A DNA stretch of 64,000 nucleotides from Acidimicrobiales bacterium. GTDB lineage: Bacteria; Actinomycetota; Acidimicrobiia; Acidimicrobiales; Aldehydirespiratoraceae. Below, in pieces: positions 9,050 to 19,400 of this stretch. Location of the stretch: NCBI GenBank assembly GCA_965116965.1, contig OZ220743.1:3958628-4022627 (forward strand). The letters run 5' to 3'. Every line of letters begins with the position of its first letter. Position 1 is the first letter of the stretch. Both the position numbers and the translations under genes were made by a program. The notes under the pieces were generated by a model. That model saw only the letters and a list, made by a program, of their open reading frames with translations, was not told the DNA's origin and did not search any database.

Positions 9050-9777
9050 GGCGGTGTCGCTGCCGGGTCCCCGTCCGGGCGGACCACCACCGACCCGGTC
9101 TGCCGCTGCCCGAGTTCGGCGACCAGGTCCTGCACCTGCGGGTCGTCGGGGTCGGCCCCGGCGACCGCCACCGTGAACCGGGCGGACTCCGGGACGTTCT
9201 TCATCATGCCCACCGGGCTGGTCAGCGCCTGTGCGGCCCTCGCCGGAGTGAGCCGCTCGTACGGCGCGCACCCCGCGGCCGCGGCCACCCGCAGCGGTCG
9301 GTGGACCCGGTCGGCGATCACGTAGCCGAGCGCGTCGGCGCCGATGCAGGCCACCACGTGGGTGGAGGTGGAGGGGATGGGCGGCTCCCACGGCGCGGGA
9401 GCGGTGAAGGGACGGCGACGGGCTCCATCGGCCTCAACAACTATGTGATCGGCGGCCCCGTTGGCAAACCAGCGGTCTACTTCGGTGGGCGCGAACCCGA
9501 GGGCCTTGCGCTCGTCGGTCGTCCTCCACACCAGCACCGCGTCGTCATCGTCGAGGGCGGTGGCCAGTTCGTCGTCCGTGGGCCCGATCAGGCACGGGAA
9601 CCCGCCGGTGCGGTCACACCCCATTCGGGTGGTGGTGGTCAGCAGGGTTCGGGCCGGCAGGTTCCGGCCCAGCGCGAACAGCAGGGTCGTCTTGCCGCCG
9701 CCGCCGACCAGAGCCACCAGCGACCGGCGTCCCAGCCCGAGGGCAACGGCTACGCCGGCAGGGTCGGTGACGCGCAC
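9046..9777 (-). CDS. yqeC: YqeC-like selenium-dependent hydroxylase accessory protein
   Basis: The 243-aa ORF contains ...SLVALVGGGGKTTLLFALGRNLPARTLLTTTTRM... and ...IVVEADGARRRPFTAPAPWEPPIP..., which match the YqeC (TIGR03172-type) pattern from memory. Confidence 0.7.
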   Translation of the reverse strand: MRVTDPAGVAVALGLGRRSLVALVGGGGKTTLLFALGRNLPARTLLTTTTRMGCDRTGGFPCLIGPTDDELATALDDDDAVLVWRTTDERKALGFAPTEVDRWFANGAADHIVVEADGARRRPFTAPAPWEPPIPSTSTHVVACIGADALGYVIADRVHRPLRVAAAAGCAPYERLTPARAAQALTSPVGMMKNVPESARFTVAVAGADPDDPQVQDLVAELGQRQTGSVVVRPDGDPAATPP

Positions 9778-9792
9778 GGCTCCTTCGCCGGG

Positions 9793-9918
9793 TCAGGTCT
9801 CCCTGATCTTGCGGGCGAGCACGACGATCACAGCCACGAGGGCGCCCAGGATTATGAGCCGCTTGAGGTTCTTCACCGCGCGAAGCGTAGTGGTCGCGCG
9901 CGTGACCGCGGCGGGCAT
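9793..9918 (-). CDS. Possible small single-pass membrane protein (41 aa)
   Basis: This is an internal ATG of track ORF 9793..10056. The product is MPAAVTRATTTLRAVKNLKRLIILGALVAVIVVLARKIRET, with one hydrophobic helix. It ends 16 bp upstream of the yqeC start. The longer version would run antisense through the tRNA and is rejected. Confidence 0.3.
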   Translation of the reverse strand: MPAAVTRATTTLRAVKNLKRLIILGALVAVIVVLARKIRET

Positions 9919-9968
9919 AATCTGGGCGACGGCGAGGCAGGGCCTCAAGGACCGATACGCTGCCTCCC

Positions 9969-10064
9969 GGAGGTGTCTGAGCGCCTGGTGGGCTCCCCCG
10001 CCTTCAAAGCGGGTGGGACGGGCGATCCCCGTCCGGCGGGTTCGATTCCCGTCCACCTCCGCCA
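9969..10064 (+). tRNA. selC: tRNA-Sec (anticodon UCA), encoded CCA end
   Basis: The gene is 96 nt. The 5' GGAGGTG pairs with CACCTCC, followed by G-CCA. A CCCGC/GCGGG stem carries the loop CTTCAAA, giving anticodon TCA. There is a long extra arm (GGACGGG-CGAT-CCCGTCC) and a T arm (GCGGG-TTCGATT-CCCGT). The layout and length are the same as E. coli selC. Confidence 0.85.
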
Positions 10065-10096
10065 GAACTTATTCCAAAAAAGGCTTTTGACCTGCA

Positions 10097-10142
10097 TATT
10101 TCAAGAATTCTAAATAGTCAGTTATTATTTCAAGTATTCTAA
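10097..10142. repeat. Two 17-bp direct repeats (TATTTCAAGAATTCTAA / TATTTCAAGTATTCTAA) in the AT-rich stretch just 3' of selC
   Basis: The copies sit at 10097-10113 and 10126-10142, differ at one position and are spaced 29 bp start to start. They lie inside the most AT-rich roughly 130 bp of the window. Confidence 0.6.
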
Positions 10143-10386
10143 TTGATCCGCTTAGGATCGGAGCCAACCTGTAACACGGGTACCGGGACTTGACACCGGA
10201 TTGCTCAGGATCATCAAGCGGTTGGAGCGCATCCTCGCCGGGGAGCCGGGCGTGCAGCTGATGGATTAAGTCGTTGCGGCACCGTTGATCATCGGTTGAC
10301 CGGGGTCGTTGTTGTTGACGGAGCTCTGAAGTCAGCCACCAATTCACTTCACCCATACGACAACGTCGCGTCGGGCCGCTCCCGTC

Positions 10387-13300
10387 GTGAGCTTCGGCTC
10401 GAATAGCGTGCTTGTGGTGCCAGAGCTCTCCACACTCGAATCAACAGTTCTGGGCGCCGTCATCTCAGCTGTTGTGGGCGCACTCATCCCCCCACTAAGG
10501 CGATGGGTTGTAGGCATTGTGCGCCTGTGTGTGGACCGCAGCCGGGGTCTCTACCGGAGAGCGCGGTCTCGCGGACACGATGCTCCGGTGGCGCGCCCCA
10601 GTCTCCGGGAGCCCATCGGTGAAGCGGCTCGTCCCCAGCAGTCGATGATTGCGCAGACGGCGTATCGCTATGAGCGGCTGTGGAGCATGTCGCGCGTGTT
10701 GGATCTGTTGGACGGAAAGGTTCGCTGGATTCGATGGGAGCCGCCAGGCGCGAGCGGGGTGGCAGTTGACTGGGTTCTCGAAGCGGATGGCGACGTTTGG
10801 GTGGAGGAGGTCAAGTACCGGTCTCGCGGGTGGACGATCAGCGAACTCGATGAGCGACGTGTGCTCGCTGTTGCGAAAGGCCAGATCGATCAAGGGCGAC
10901 GTTTCCGCTTACTGACGGCCTCAGGTGCTGCGAAGCTTGAGACGCTGGCGGATTGTGCCAGGAGGTCTGAGTCCTTCGCCGACTACGAAGCGCTCTTGAC
11001 CGGAGGGCTTAGGGCTGACCTTGAGAGGGTTGCCGCTTGCTGGAGTGTCTCACCGGAGAGCGCTTGGTCGGTTCTGCAAGACATAGAGGTTGAGCACGAG
11101 CCTGTCCGCTCGTTAGAGCGGTTCATTGAGATGAGGTTGCGGATTCGGTATGCGGACAGAGCTGAGAGTGTCTGGGAAGCGCTGGAGCGCTTTTACATGG
11201 CACACATCCACGAGCACCTAACGGCCCAGCAGGTTCTGGAACATCTCGAGTCCGAGGGTCTTCGCCAACTGCCGAGAACTGGCGATACGGGCGTCAGCAG
11301 ACGGCTGCGCCAGTCCCGGCGACGCCATCAGGAGCATGTCAAGCAGTTCGAGCCGCCGGGAGGTCTAGCGCCAACAGGCGACGTGGACGCAGTGGTGGGG
11401 ATGCTGCGTGACCCCGACGGCAAGCAGATTGTCGTTGTTGAAGGTCGGGCGGGATCGGGCAAGTCGACCGTGGCCGCCGCGGCTGCAGCCGCGCTAGCAG
11501 AGAGCGGCTGGCACGTCGCTGCTGTCCGGATGGATGTCGCCGAGACGTTGTTGACGTCGGATGCTCTGGGCCGGGCGATGGAACTGACCGAATCGCCGTC
11601 TGTGCTGCTGGCGGTTGTTTCCGACGGGCAGCCGGCGCTTCTTGTTGTGGACCAACTCGACGCGGTCAGTCTCCACAGCGGCCGAGTTCCTGACAGCTTT
11701 GACGCCGTCAACGAGGTCCTGTTGGAGATCGAACACTACCCCAACCTCAAGGTGCTGCTTGCTTGTCGTACCGTCGACCTTGAGCGCGACCAACGGCTCG
11801 GTTCATTGCGGACCGGCGAGCGGGTCGGTCGCCACGCTGTGGGTGAACTCGACATCGAGACTGTCAGGACACATTTGGCTGCATGTGGCATCGACGCGCC
11901 GGGCTCGAGCCCGACGATGGAGTTGCTACGCATTCCTCTGCACTTGTCGCTGTTCATCCGGCTTTCCGATGAGGGCCGTGCCCGCCCGTATGTGACCCTG
12001 CAGCAGCTCTATGACCGCTACACCCAGGAGGCGCGCTCCAGAGTCGCTCGTAACGTCGGGAGCCTGGATTGGGATCAGACCGCGGGTGCCATTGTTGACT
12101 ACATGAGCCGTGAGGGGATGCTGGCGGCGCCGGCTGCAGTGCTCTATGGGGCATCTCCACAACAGGCCGAGGCTCTCGTGTCTGAGTCGGTGATCGTGCG
12201 CCACGGCGCGGTCGTCACGTTCTTTCATGAGTCGTACTTCGACTACCTCTTCGCGGTGTCGTTCGTCGGCGCAGGCCGTGACTTGCGGGCTTTTCTGGTT
12301 GACTCCGACCAAGGCCTGTTCCGGCGTGCCCAGACGCGCCAGGTGCTTGAGCATCTCGCCGCGACTGACCGGAAGCGGTTCATATCGGTCGTGGTCGAGT
12401 TGCTCGAAGGCGAAGACATTCGGTTCCATCTCAAGGTTGTCGTCGTAGGCGTGCTTCGCCAGATCGAACCTGTGCCCGGGCACTGGGCGGCGTTGGAGCA
12501 TCTGGCGTGGAGCGGCTCACCGCTCGGGGTGAGGCTGCTCAGGCTGCTGTGCAATCCGGGATGGTTCGATGCAGCGGACAGCCTTGGTCGGTGGGACGCA
12601 TGGCTTGAGGATCCGCAGCGGGCCGAGACCGCCCACGACGAACTCGCGATCGTCGCGAAGCATCGTCCCGCCCGGGTCGCGGAACTCATCCGCCCCCGCT
12701 TGGAGGACTCGGAGCAGTGGCGCCACTGCCTGCAGAGGATCATGTGGTTGTCGCTGTGCAGCGAACTTGTCGACCTGATCGCCGACGCGATCACGATGGG
12801 ACTCTTCGACGACGCTGACCGCCCGACGGGGGGCCTTGGCTTCTGGATGAACCTGCACCGGTTCAAGGACGACGATCCTGCTGGCGCGGCCCGGCTCATC
12901 GGGGTGTTCCTTGACCGCGGCCTAGAACGCGCCAAGCTCGCCGGCAGCGATGATCCGTTCAAGTCCGGACACCTGCGTTCGGACTCTCAATCCGAGTCAG
13001 AAATCGCCGACGTGGCTCGCAAAGCCCCAGCGGAGTTCATCAGGCACGTGCTGCCGTTCGTCATCGAAGTAGCGGGAGCCGACCTGCACTATCCCGACGG
13101 GGGACTACCTGTCGGGCGATGGCATAGCCGCTTGTCGTTGGTACACGGCGTGGACAACGTCGTGTTCGCCGCCACCGAGAAGGCTCTGCTGGCGCTGGCG
13201 GAACAAGACCCGGCGCAATGCGCCGACGCTCTGCCACCGCTGCGCTCCGCTGAGATCTTCGAGTTGCGGTACCTGGCCTGCCGAGCCCTGGCGAACATGG

Positions 13301-15009
13301 GTGACGCTGATGATGCGGTCAGCTGGCTAGTGTCGGACGAGCGCAATCTCATGCTGGGATCGGGCGGCGTCTCGAAGTCAGCGGCACGCGAGCTGATCGA
13401 GCAATGCTCGCCCGGATGCCCTTCCGGCCTGTTCGACGCGCTGGAGGCCGCGATACTCGACCACTGGCCGATCTGGGAGACAGACGCATCTCGCGGCCAT
13501 TCGCAATACGAACTGCTCGCAGCGCTGGACTCCACGAGACTGTCCCCAACAGCACGGCGAAGGCTCCACGAACTGGAGAACCGGTTCCCGGACTGGCCAC
13601 CGCAACCAGCGGAGCCGGCCGTTTGGTCCGGGGCTGTGGGGTCACCGATCGACGGCGACGAGTCCGTGAACATGTCCGACGACGACTGGATCGCCGCCCT
13701 GCAGCGATACATCGACGAAGAACCGCGGTGGGACGGCGACCGCGTCGTCGGCGGCGCACACCAGCTAGCCAGCATGCTCGGCGAACAAGCCAAGGGCGAC
13801 CCTGCGCGCTTCTCGCGAATCGCGCTCCGCTTCGACGCAGACATTCCCGATGCCGCGATGAACGCAGTCATCCGCAGCGTCGAGAGCCACATCGGGGTCG
13901 AGGCCCTGACCGACCTTTGCGAGCACGCCTACAGCGTCTACGGCTCAAGGGTCGGGCGGGCCGTGTGCAGCGCGATCGGTCGTGCCGATGCTGTGAACCC
14001 GCGCCTGGTGGCACTACTCACCGCCTACGCCAGCGACGCCGACCCCGAGCGCGAGGAAGCCCGAACCGAAGCGTTCACTGGCGACTATCTCTACGGCGGC
14101 GACTTCCTCACAGCGGGGTTGAACTCGACGCGGGGACAAGCAGCCCTCTCAGCCGCCGCGCTGCTGTTCAGATCAGCCGACCACCTCAACGCTCTGATGC
14201 CCACAGTGGACGCCCTCACGCAAGACGACATAGTCGCGGTGCGAGTCTGCGCCGCCGAAGCGGTCACCGCCTTGTTGAACCATGCAGCCGCACAGGCGCT
14301 GGATCTGGCTGAGCGCATGCTTAACGCCGACATCGAAGTCCTCGATGCGCAAACCAGCGAGAGACTCCTTACTCATGCTGTGCTGCGCGACCCCGACCGA
14401 TTCGCCGCAACACTGGCCGAAGCCATCGCAGGACCAGAAGACATTGCGGTGCGGGGCGGGCGGATCTGGGCGGTGACGCGCTGGAGCGGACGACTACCCG
14501 CCGGACTCGACACCGACGTGTGTGCCCTGCCGGCAGCGGCCCGCCGTGGTGCCGTCGAGGCATTCGCGTCCAACGTTGCGGACAGCCTCGAGGACCTGCG
14601 CCGCGTGTTCGACGACGACGATCCCGAGGTTCAGGCGAACCTCGGGATAGCGATTCACAGACTCGACAATGTCTCGGCATCCGAGATGGAAGGCCTGATC
14701 AGTGCTCTCACAACGAGCAGTGCATTCCCCCGACACATGGACAGCCTCATGTACGCGCTTGAGCAGCTGCCTGCCGAGATGCCGGCCAACGCCGTCACCG
14801 CATGCGAGCGCGTCGTCGAGATCACCGGAGCTGACCTCGTAGACCCATCCAAGGCCAGCGCGCTCACCGGTCTCCACATGGTCACCGTGGTGCTGCGCCT
14901 ATACCGACAGGGAGACCAAGAAACCAGAGTCCGCTGCCTGAACATCATCGACCGGCTCGCAGAGTTCAACCTGTACGACCTAGAACGGGCGCTCGACGAC
15001 GAGAGATGA
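10387..15009 (+). CDS. Giant nuclease / NACHT-like P-loop NTPase / HEAT-like repeat protein (Avs/bNACHT-like)
   Basis: The ORF is 1540 aa from a GTG start; an alternative ATG at 10645 gives MIAQTAYRYERLW.... It has a PD-(D/E)xK-like module (...VDWVLEADGDVWVEEVKYR), a Walker A motif (VVVEGRAGSGKST) and a NACHT-style Walker B motif (ALLVVDQLDAV). About 950 aa of helical repeats follow. Confidence 0.75.
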   Translation: MSFGSNSVLVVPELSTLESTVLGAVISAVVGALIPPLRRWVVGIVRLCVDRSRGLYRRARSRGHDAPVARPSLREPIGEAARPQQSMIAQTAYRYERLWSMSRVLDLLDGKVRWIRWEPPGASGVAVDWVLEADGDVWVEEVKYRSRGWTISELDERRVLAVAKGQIDQGRRFRLLTASGAAKLETLADCARRSESFADYEALLTGGLRADLERVAACWSVSPESAWSVLQDIEVEHEPVRSLERFIEMRLRIRYADRAESVWEALERFYMAHIHEHLTAQQVLEHLESEGLRQLPRTGDTGVSRRLRQSRRRHQEHVKQFEPPGGLAPTGDVDAVVGMLRDPDGKQIVVVEGRAGSGKSTVAAAAAAALAESGWHVAAVRMDVAETLLTSDALGRAMELTESPSVLLAVVSDGQPALLVVDQLDAVSLHSGRVPDSFDAVNEVLLEIEHYPNLKVLLACRTVDLERDQRLGSLRTGERVGRHAVGELDIETVRTHLAACGIDAPGSSPTMELLRIPLHLSLFIRLSDEGRARPYVTLQQLYDRYTQEARSRVARNVGSLDWDQTAGAIVDYMSREGMLAAPAAVLYGASPQQAEALVSESVIVRHGAVVTFFHESYFDYLFAVSFVGAGRDLRAFLVDSDQGLFRRAQTRQVLEHLAATDRKRFISVVVELLEGEDIRFHLKVVVVGVLRQIEPVPGHWAALEHLAWSGSPLGVRLLRLLCNPGWFDAADSLGRWDAWLEDPQRAETAHDELAIVAKHRPARVAELIRPRLEDSEQWRHCLQRIMWLSLCSELVDLIADAITMGLFDDADRPTGGLGFWMNLHRFKDDDPAGAARLIGVFLDRGLERAKLAGSDDPFKSGHLRSDSQSESEIADVARKAPAEFIRHVLPFVIEVAGADLHYPDGGLPVGRWHSRLSLVHGVDNVVFAATEKALLALAEQDPAQCADALPPLRSAEIFELRYLACRALANMGDADDAVSWLVSDERNLMLGSGGVSKSAARELIEQCSPGCPSGLFDALEAAILDHWPIWETDASRGHSQYELLAALDSTRLSPTARRRLHELENRFPDWPPQPAEPAVWSGAVGSPIDGDESVNMSDDDWIAALQRYIDEEPRWDGDRVVGGAHQLASMLGEQAKGDPARFSRIALRFDADIPDAAMNAVIRSVESHIGVEALTDLCEHAYSVYGSRVGRAVCSAIGRADAVNPRLVALLTAYASDADPEREEARTEAFTGDYLYGGDFLTAGLNSTRGQAALSAAALLFRSADHLNALMPTVDALTQDDIVAVRVCAAEAVTALLNHAAAQALDLAERMLNADIEVLDAQTSERLLTHAVLRDPDRFAATLAEAIAGPEDIAVRGGRIWAVTRWSGRLPAGLDTDVCALPAAARRGAVEAFASNVADSLEDLRRVFDDDDPEVQANLGIAIHRLDNVSASEMEGLISALTTSSAFPRHMDSLMYALEQLPAEMPANAVTACERVVEITGADLVDPSKASALTGLHMVTVVLRLYRQGDQETRVRCLNIIDRLAEFNLYDLERALDDER

Positions 15010-15591
15010 GGCCGAAGACACCTGCCTCGTCCCGCGAAAAGGGATCCGCCCGAGCCGTGGTCCGTACGCACCTGGTGTGCCCTGGGGTCTCACGCGGTGA
15101 GCTTGGTTGATTCCGGGCATCGGTGATGGCGTGACGGAGTTCGAGCGTCGCCGGGTGTTGCATGGAGTTCAGGTGGGTGCGATGTGTTGTGCCCAGGTTT
15201 CCATCAGTGGCCTGCGGCGCTCGCGCATGTCGGATCTGGCTTAGGCGGCTTCGGTGCGGTCTCTGACGGCGTGGCCGAGTGCTGTCTCGGCGAAGTCCCG
15301 GGGAACTGCGGTGTCGCTGCCGGGGGCACTCTCTTCGATCAAAAAATAGCGTTTGAACTGGTCTTATACTTCATTCTCAGAGTTGGTTACCACTCAAGCT
15401 ATTCACAATGCGGGCCGCGGGTTGGCACGCTGACGGTGCTTGTTCGCTCATCTGAGCCGCGCGGCGAAACTCCGAGGGCGCATGAAGAGAATCGACGCTA
15501 CGGAGCTTGTGAAGCTAACCCCGGCCTGGCAGCAGCGCTGACGGGCTGGGAGCCGCTAGAAGTGATCAGGCACACACCGGGGGCTAGAGCG

Positions 15592-16077
15592 ATGTCATCA
15601 ACCCACACGCTGACGCTGCCAGGCGCCATGATCGAACGCGGATTCTGGCTCTATGTGTGGAGGATCGCATCGCCCATCGGCGAATTGCTGTACGTGGGAC
15701 GCACCGGGGACAGTTCGTCGACAAACGCGGCAACTCCATTCGCGCGCATGGGTCAGCACCTCGGCACTAACTACCGCCAGAACCCCGTGCGACGCCACTT
15801 GGAACGTCGCCTGGTCCCTCCAGAGACGTGCACGGCGTTTGATCTGATCGCCCACGGTCCGATCTTCGAGGAGGCACAGGACTGGGCAACGCACCAGAAA
15901 CGTCGAGATGTCGTTGCCGTTCTAGAGAAGGCTCTCGCCGACGCCTTGACACGTTTGGGATACGACGTACTCAACGAGGTCAAGGATCAGCACGACTTGG
16001 ATGTTCGTCTCTGGGCGAAGGTCCGCGAGGAGTTCGCTGCTTACTTCCCACGATTGGGCGAGACCCGTGAGGAATAG
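15592..16077 (+). CDS. Small hypothetical protein, possible GIY-YIG-like nuclease fold
   Basis: This is an internal ATG at 15592, preceded by GGGGG, within track ORF 15184..16077. The segment ...GFWLYVWRIASPIGELLYVGRTGDSSS...FARMGQHLG... fits the spacing of the GIY-(about 10 aa)-YIG...R...H pattern only loosely. Confidence 0.4.
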   Translation: MSSTHTLTLPGAMIERGFWLYVWRIASPIGELLYVGRTGDSSSTNAATPFARMGQHLGTNYRQNPVRRHLERRLVPPETCTAFDLIAHGPIFEEAQDWATHQKRRDVVAVLEKALADALTRLGYDVLNEVKDQHDLDVRLWAKVREEFAAYFPRLGETREE

Positions 16078-16427
16078 ACGAGCACGACACAGACCACACT
16101 CACCGAGGCCGTCCGTCGCGTGATGGGTTGATCCTTGCCGCGCCATCATGGAAACCACGTTGTAGGTTCTGCGAACCCCGCCGTACGCCCCATTACACGG
16201 AGTCCGCCGCCTTCCTGACTCGCCTGGGGCGCCGCAGAGCTGACGGCAGCGGAGCGTAGCTGCGTACTGCCGCCACTTATCAAGAGAGGTACCGCTGACC
16301 GACGTTGAAGGGCCTTGGCGGTCTTGGCTTCAGCGATGATCGATTCGCTTCTCTCGGTCGCAGCACGGGCCTCGGCTGCCGCTTCCATCGGTTTGCGCTT
16401 CTGTTGGGCCGCGAAGTCCGATAATGG

Positions 16428-19400
16428 GTGACGATGGCAAGTCTGTGGCCAACGCATCGGGGCTACGCATACCAGGATCTGATGGTTGCGTGCCGGCTTG
16501 TTGACATGGTGTTGGGCACCTTGATCGAGGCACGTGTGGACGACCGTGTGATGCCTGACGACTGCTTTGACGATCTGAAGACTGTGGAAGTCAGCGGAAC
16601 TCGCGAGCACATTCAGATCAAGCACACCCAACATGGTGAGCGCTCCTTGTCATTGGCGACCTTTACGAGCGATTCGCGTCGGTTGCGGCTCGACAGGGTC
16701 ATCGGGGCGGTTCTCGCCAACCGCGTGGTGACGGGATTCGATGCGAATGTTCAGCTGTTCCGGATAGTCGTTCGCGATGCGGCTCCAGCTGACGCTCGTC
16801 TCCGGTCTGTGCTTGTGTCAGCCCCGGTTGATCCTGGACCGTTCGTGCCCGGTGCGGGGACGACCCGCTTAGCCTTTGACTCTGCGGCGTTGTGGGCCCA
16901 GGTACATCAGCAGCCCGCAGCCGACACGCGGTCCGGTGAATTCCCCTTCGCCTTTGTGGGGAATCAGCTAACGGATCTGTCGCGATCAGATCTCGACTGG
17001 GTTTGTGACCGAGTTGTGGTCGAGGTCGCGGCCCCGCCCAGTAGTGGCGACCTGCTTGAGCCGGCTGCAGCTGAGCGGCTGTTGCTGAGGCGTGTTCGAG
17101 ACGAGCTTGGAGCCGGAGTGTTCCCGAATGTGGACCGGTCTCCAGTCGATGTCGCAGCGGCAGTGATCGCAACGGCCCGTGCGGCGCGAGAGGGCAGGGT
17201 CGACGCAACAGCTACAGAGATCCTGCGGTGGGCACGGTTGCGCAGCGATTACGGAGCAGTGTCGCGAGCTCATCCTGTAGACGAGTCGGTGAAAATCTTC
17301 AGGCAGGCTGCGGTGCAGCTATTCGTGGACTCTGCCGCTGATCGAGCACAGGCCGGAGGGGCGCTGATCGCTGTAGGACCGCCGGGCCAGGGCAAGTCCT
17401 GGTTGTGTCACCAGGTATTGAAGGAGTTCGAGAAGTGGGGTTGGTTGACTGCGGAGCACTACTGCTATCTCGGCGACGCTGACCAGGAACGCGCCCAGCG
17501 GGTACTCGCCGAAAGGGTGTTCGGCAGCCTCATCGCCCGGCTCGCGGAGGCGGACGCCAGGCTGGTCACCGAGAATCGACCGCTGCTAGCGGCCGATGAA
17601 GACAGCCTCGCGGCATGCGTAGCAAGATCCATCGAGTTGGAGCCTGAGCGTCGTGTCGCTCTGGTAGTCGACGGTTTGGACCATGTCAGCCGGGTCCGTG
17701 CCAGCGATGCTCGGGAATGCGATCCCTCCCAGAGTCTCGCCGAAGCGCTCGCGTCGCTGGAACTGCCAGCGGGCAGCGTCCTCATCGTCTTGAGTCAACC
17801 AGGCTCCCACTTGTCGCCGCTTGAGCGCTCTGGTGCCGCAACCCTGAAGGTTCCCCGTCTTGATGAGATGGAACTCTGCAACCTCGTCGTGAGGCACGGC
17901 CTGATGCCAGATGATGCATCGCACGGAACTGAAGGGACTTGGTTGCTTTCTGGAGAGATGGAGATTGCCGAATTCCTCGATGCTTTATCGACTCGGTCCG
18001 ACGGCAACGCCCTGTACGCCACCTACTTGTGCCGCGAGGTATTGAGACACGATCAAGCTCAAGCAGGCGCGGCGGCGATTGTGATGGGGCTGCCAGCATT
18101 CGACGGAACGCTCAAGAGCTACTACGAGCACCTGCGGTCTGCTCTGACCCCCGGAGGGGCGTGGGTCGCGGATCTGATAGCCCTGATCGACTTCTCAATT
18201 ACGCGCAGCGAGCTGAAAGCGATACGGCCTGACACGGAGCACCACATAGACGACGCGCTCGCGGTTCTTGCTCCTGTTCTCTGCGAACATGCGATGCAGG
18301 GCGGCGTCCGCATATACCACGAGTCCTTCGCAAGGTACTGGTGCGAACCCTTCCAAGCGAACCCATCTGTGCGCGCCGCGCTCCTTGAACACATGACGGA
18401 CTGGTTGACGAGCCTGGGCTTCTTCGACGATCAGCGTGCCTACTGCCACCTGATTCCGCTGTTGGCTGATTCGGGGCGTGACAGCGAAGTGGTGGAGATG
18501 ATCGGCATCGACTTTGTAGTTCGGTCGATCGCGGCGGGATTCGCAGCCTTCGAGATCACCAAGAACCTGGCTCGCGCCATCCGGTGTGCCTCGCGAGTCG
18601 GCGACTGGGCCAAGGTTGCTCGCTTCGTGGAACTGGTTCGTGCCGCCGAGTGCTACCAGCGAGAACGCTACGACTCCGTCCTCGTCGATTTTGCTGATGT
18701 CCCCGTCGGGCTTCTGGGCTCAGAAGCGGTTGCGGAGCGTCTGCTTCATGACGATCGCACAGTCATGCCCGTTCGGGCCGGTCTTCAGATGTGTGCTGCT
18801 GTTGATGGGTTGGGGGGCGTCGCTCCCTGGGAGCACTATCTGGACCGGTTTGATCGCGAGCCCGACTTCGACGGCGTCGTGTACGACGGAGACTCCGATC
18901 GAGCTGTCGCGCTGGCCTACCTGCGCGGATGGCTTCGCCTGGAAGCGGTCACCGGACTCCGCGGACTGCGTCGAGACACCTCCCCCACAACTGCACCAGC
19001 AGGAGTTGACCTAGCCGTCCGGCAAGACCCCGGCGAACCGCCCGATCATCCCGCGGCAGCAACAGATCAGACCGACTGGCAGGAGGTGGCCGCCTACATC
19101 GGCGAGAATCAGCTTGACGCATATGACGTAATGGAGGTCATCCTCGACACGTTCGGCTCAGATGGCGTGCGGCAGATCACCCCCCTGCTGGAACAGCCCG
19201 CGACCGTGTTCCTGAGCGTGGCGCGACACGTCGCGGATCGCCACTTGGAGGCAGAACTCGGAACGGCACGATCCTGGGCGCTCGAAGCTGTGCAGCACGG
19301 AACTGCCGCAGGCGCTCTGCACGTCGTGCTTTCACTCGGCGTCGATGTGAACGAAGTAGTCGGCTCCGGTCCGGAGGAGGCACGAGACACCCTGGTGAAC

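Noticed and set aside
9793-10056. 87-aa minus-strand ORF running through the tRNA-Sec gene.
   Set aside because: Its N-terminal half is the reverse complement of the tRNA. Only the C-terminal 41 codons (from the ATG at 9918) are kept, as a low-confidence small membrane protein.
10069-10356. 95-aa minus-strand ORF in the AT-rich region 3' of selC, and a plus-frame tail ...LLRIIKRLERILAGEPGVQLMD(stop) near 10270.
   Set aside because: There is no start context or recognisable family. The plus-frame piece could be a gene fragment left by integration, but it is too short to support any call.
16146-16634. 162-aa minus-strand ORF spanning the start of the 2178-aa gene, with the coiled-coil-like segment ...MEAAAEARAATERSESIIAEAKTAKAL....
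   Set aside because: It overlaps the strongly supported N-terminal nuclease domain of the plus-strand gene and has no recognisable family. The non-overlapping part is short.
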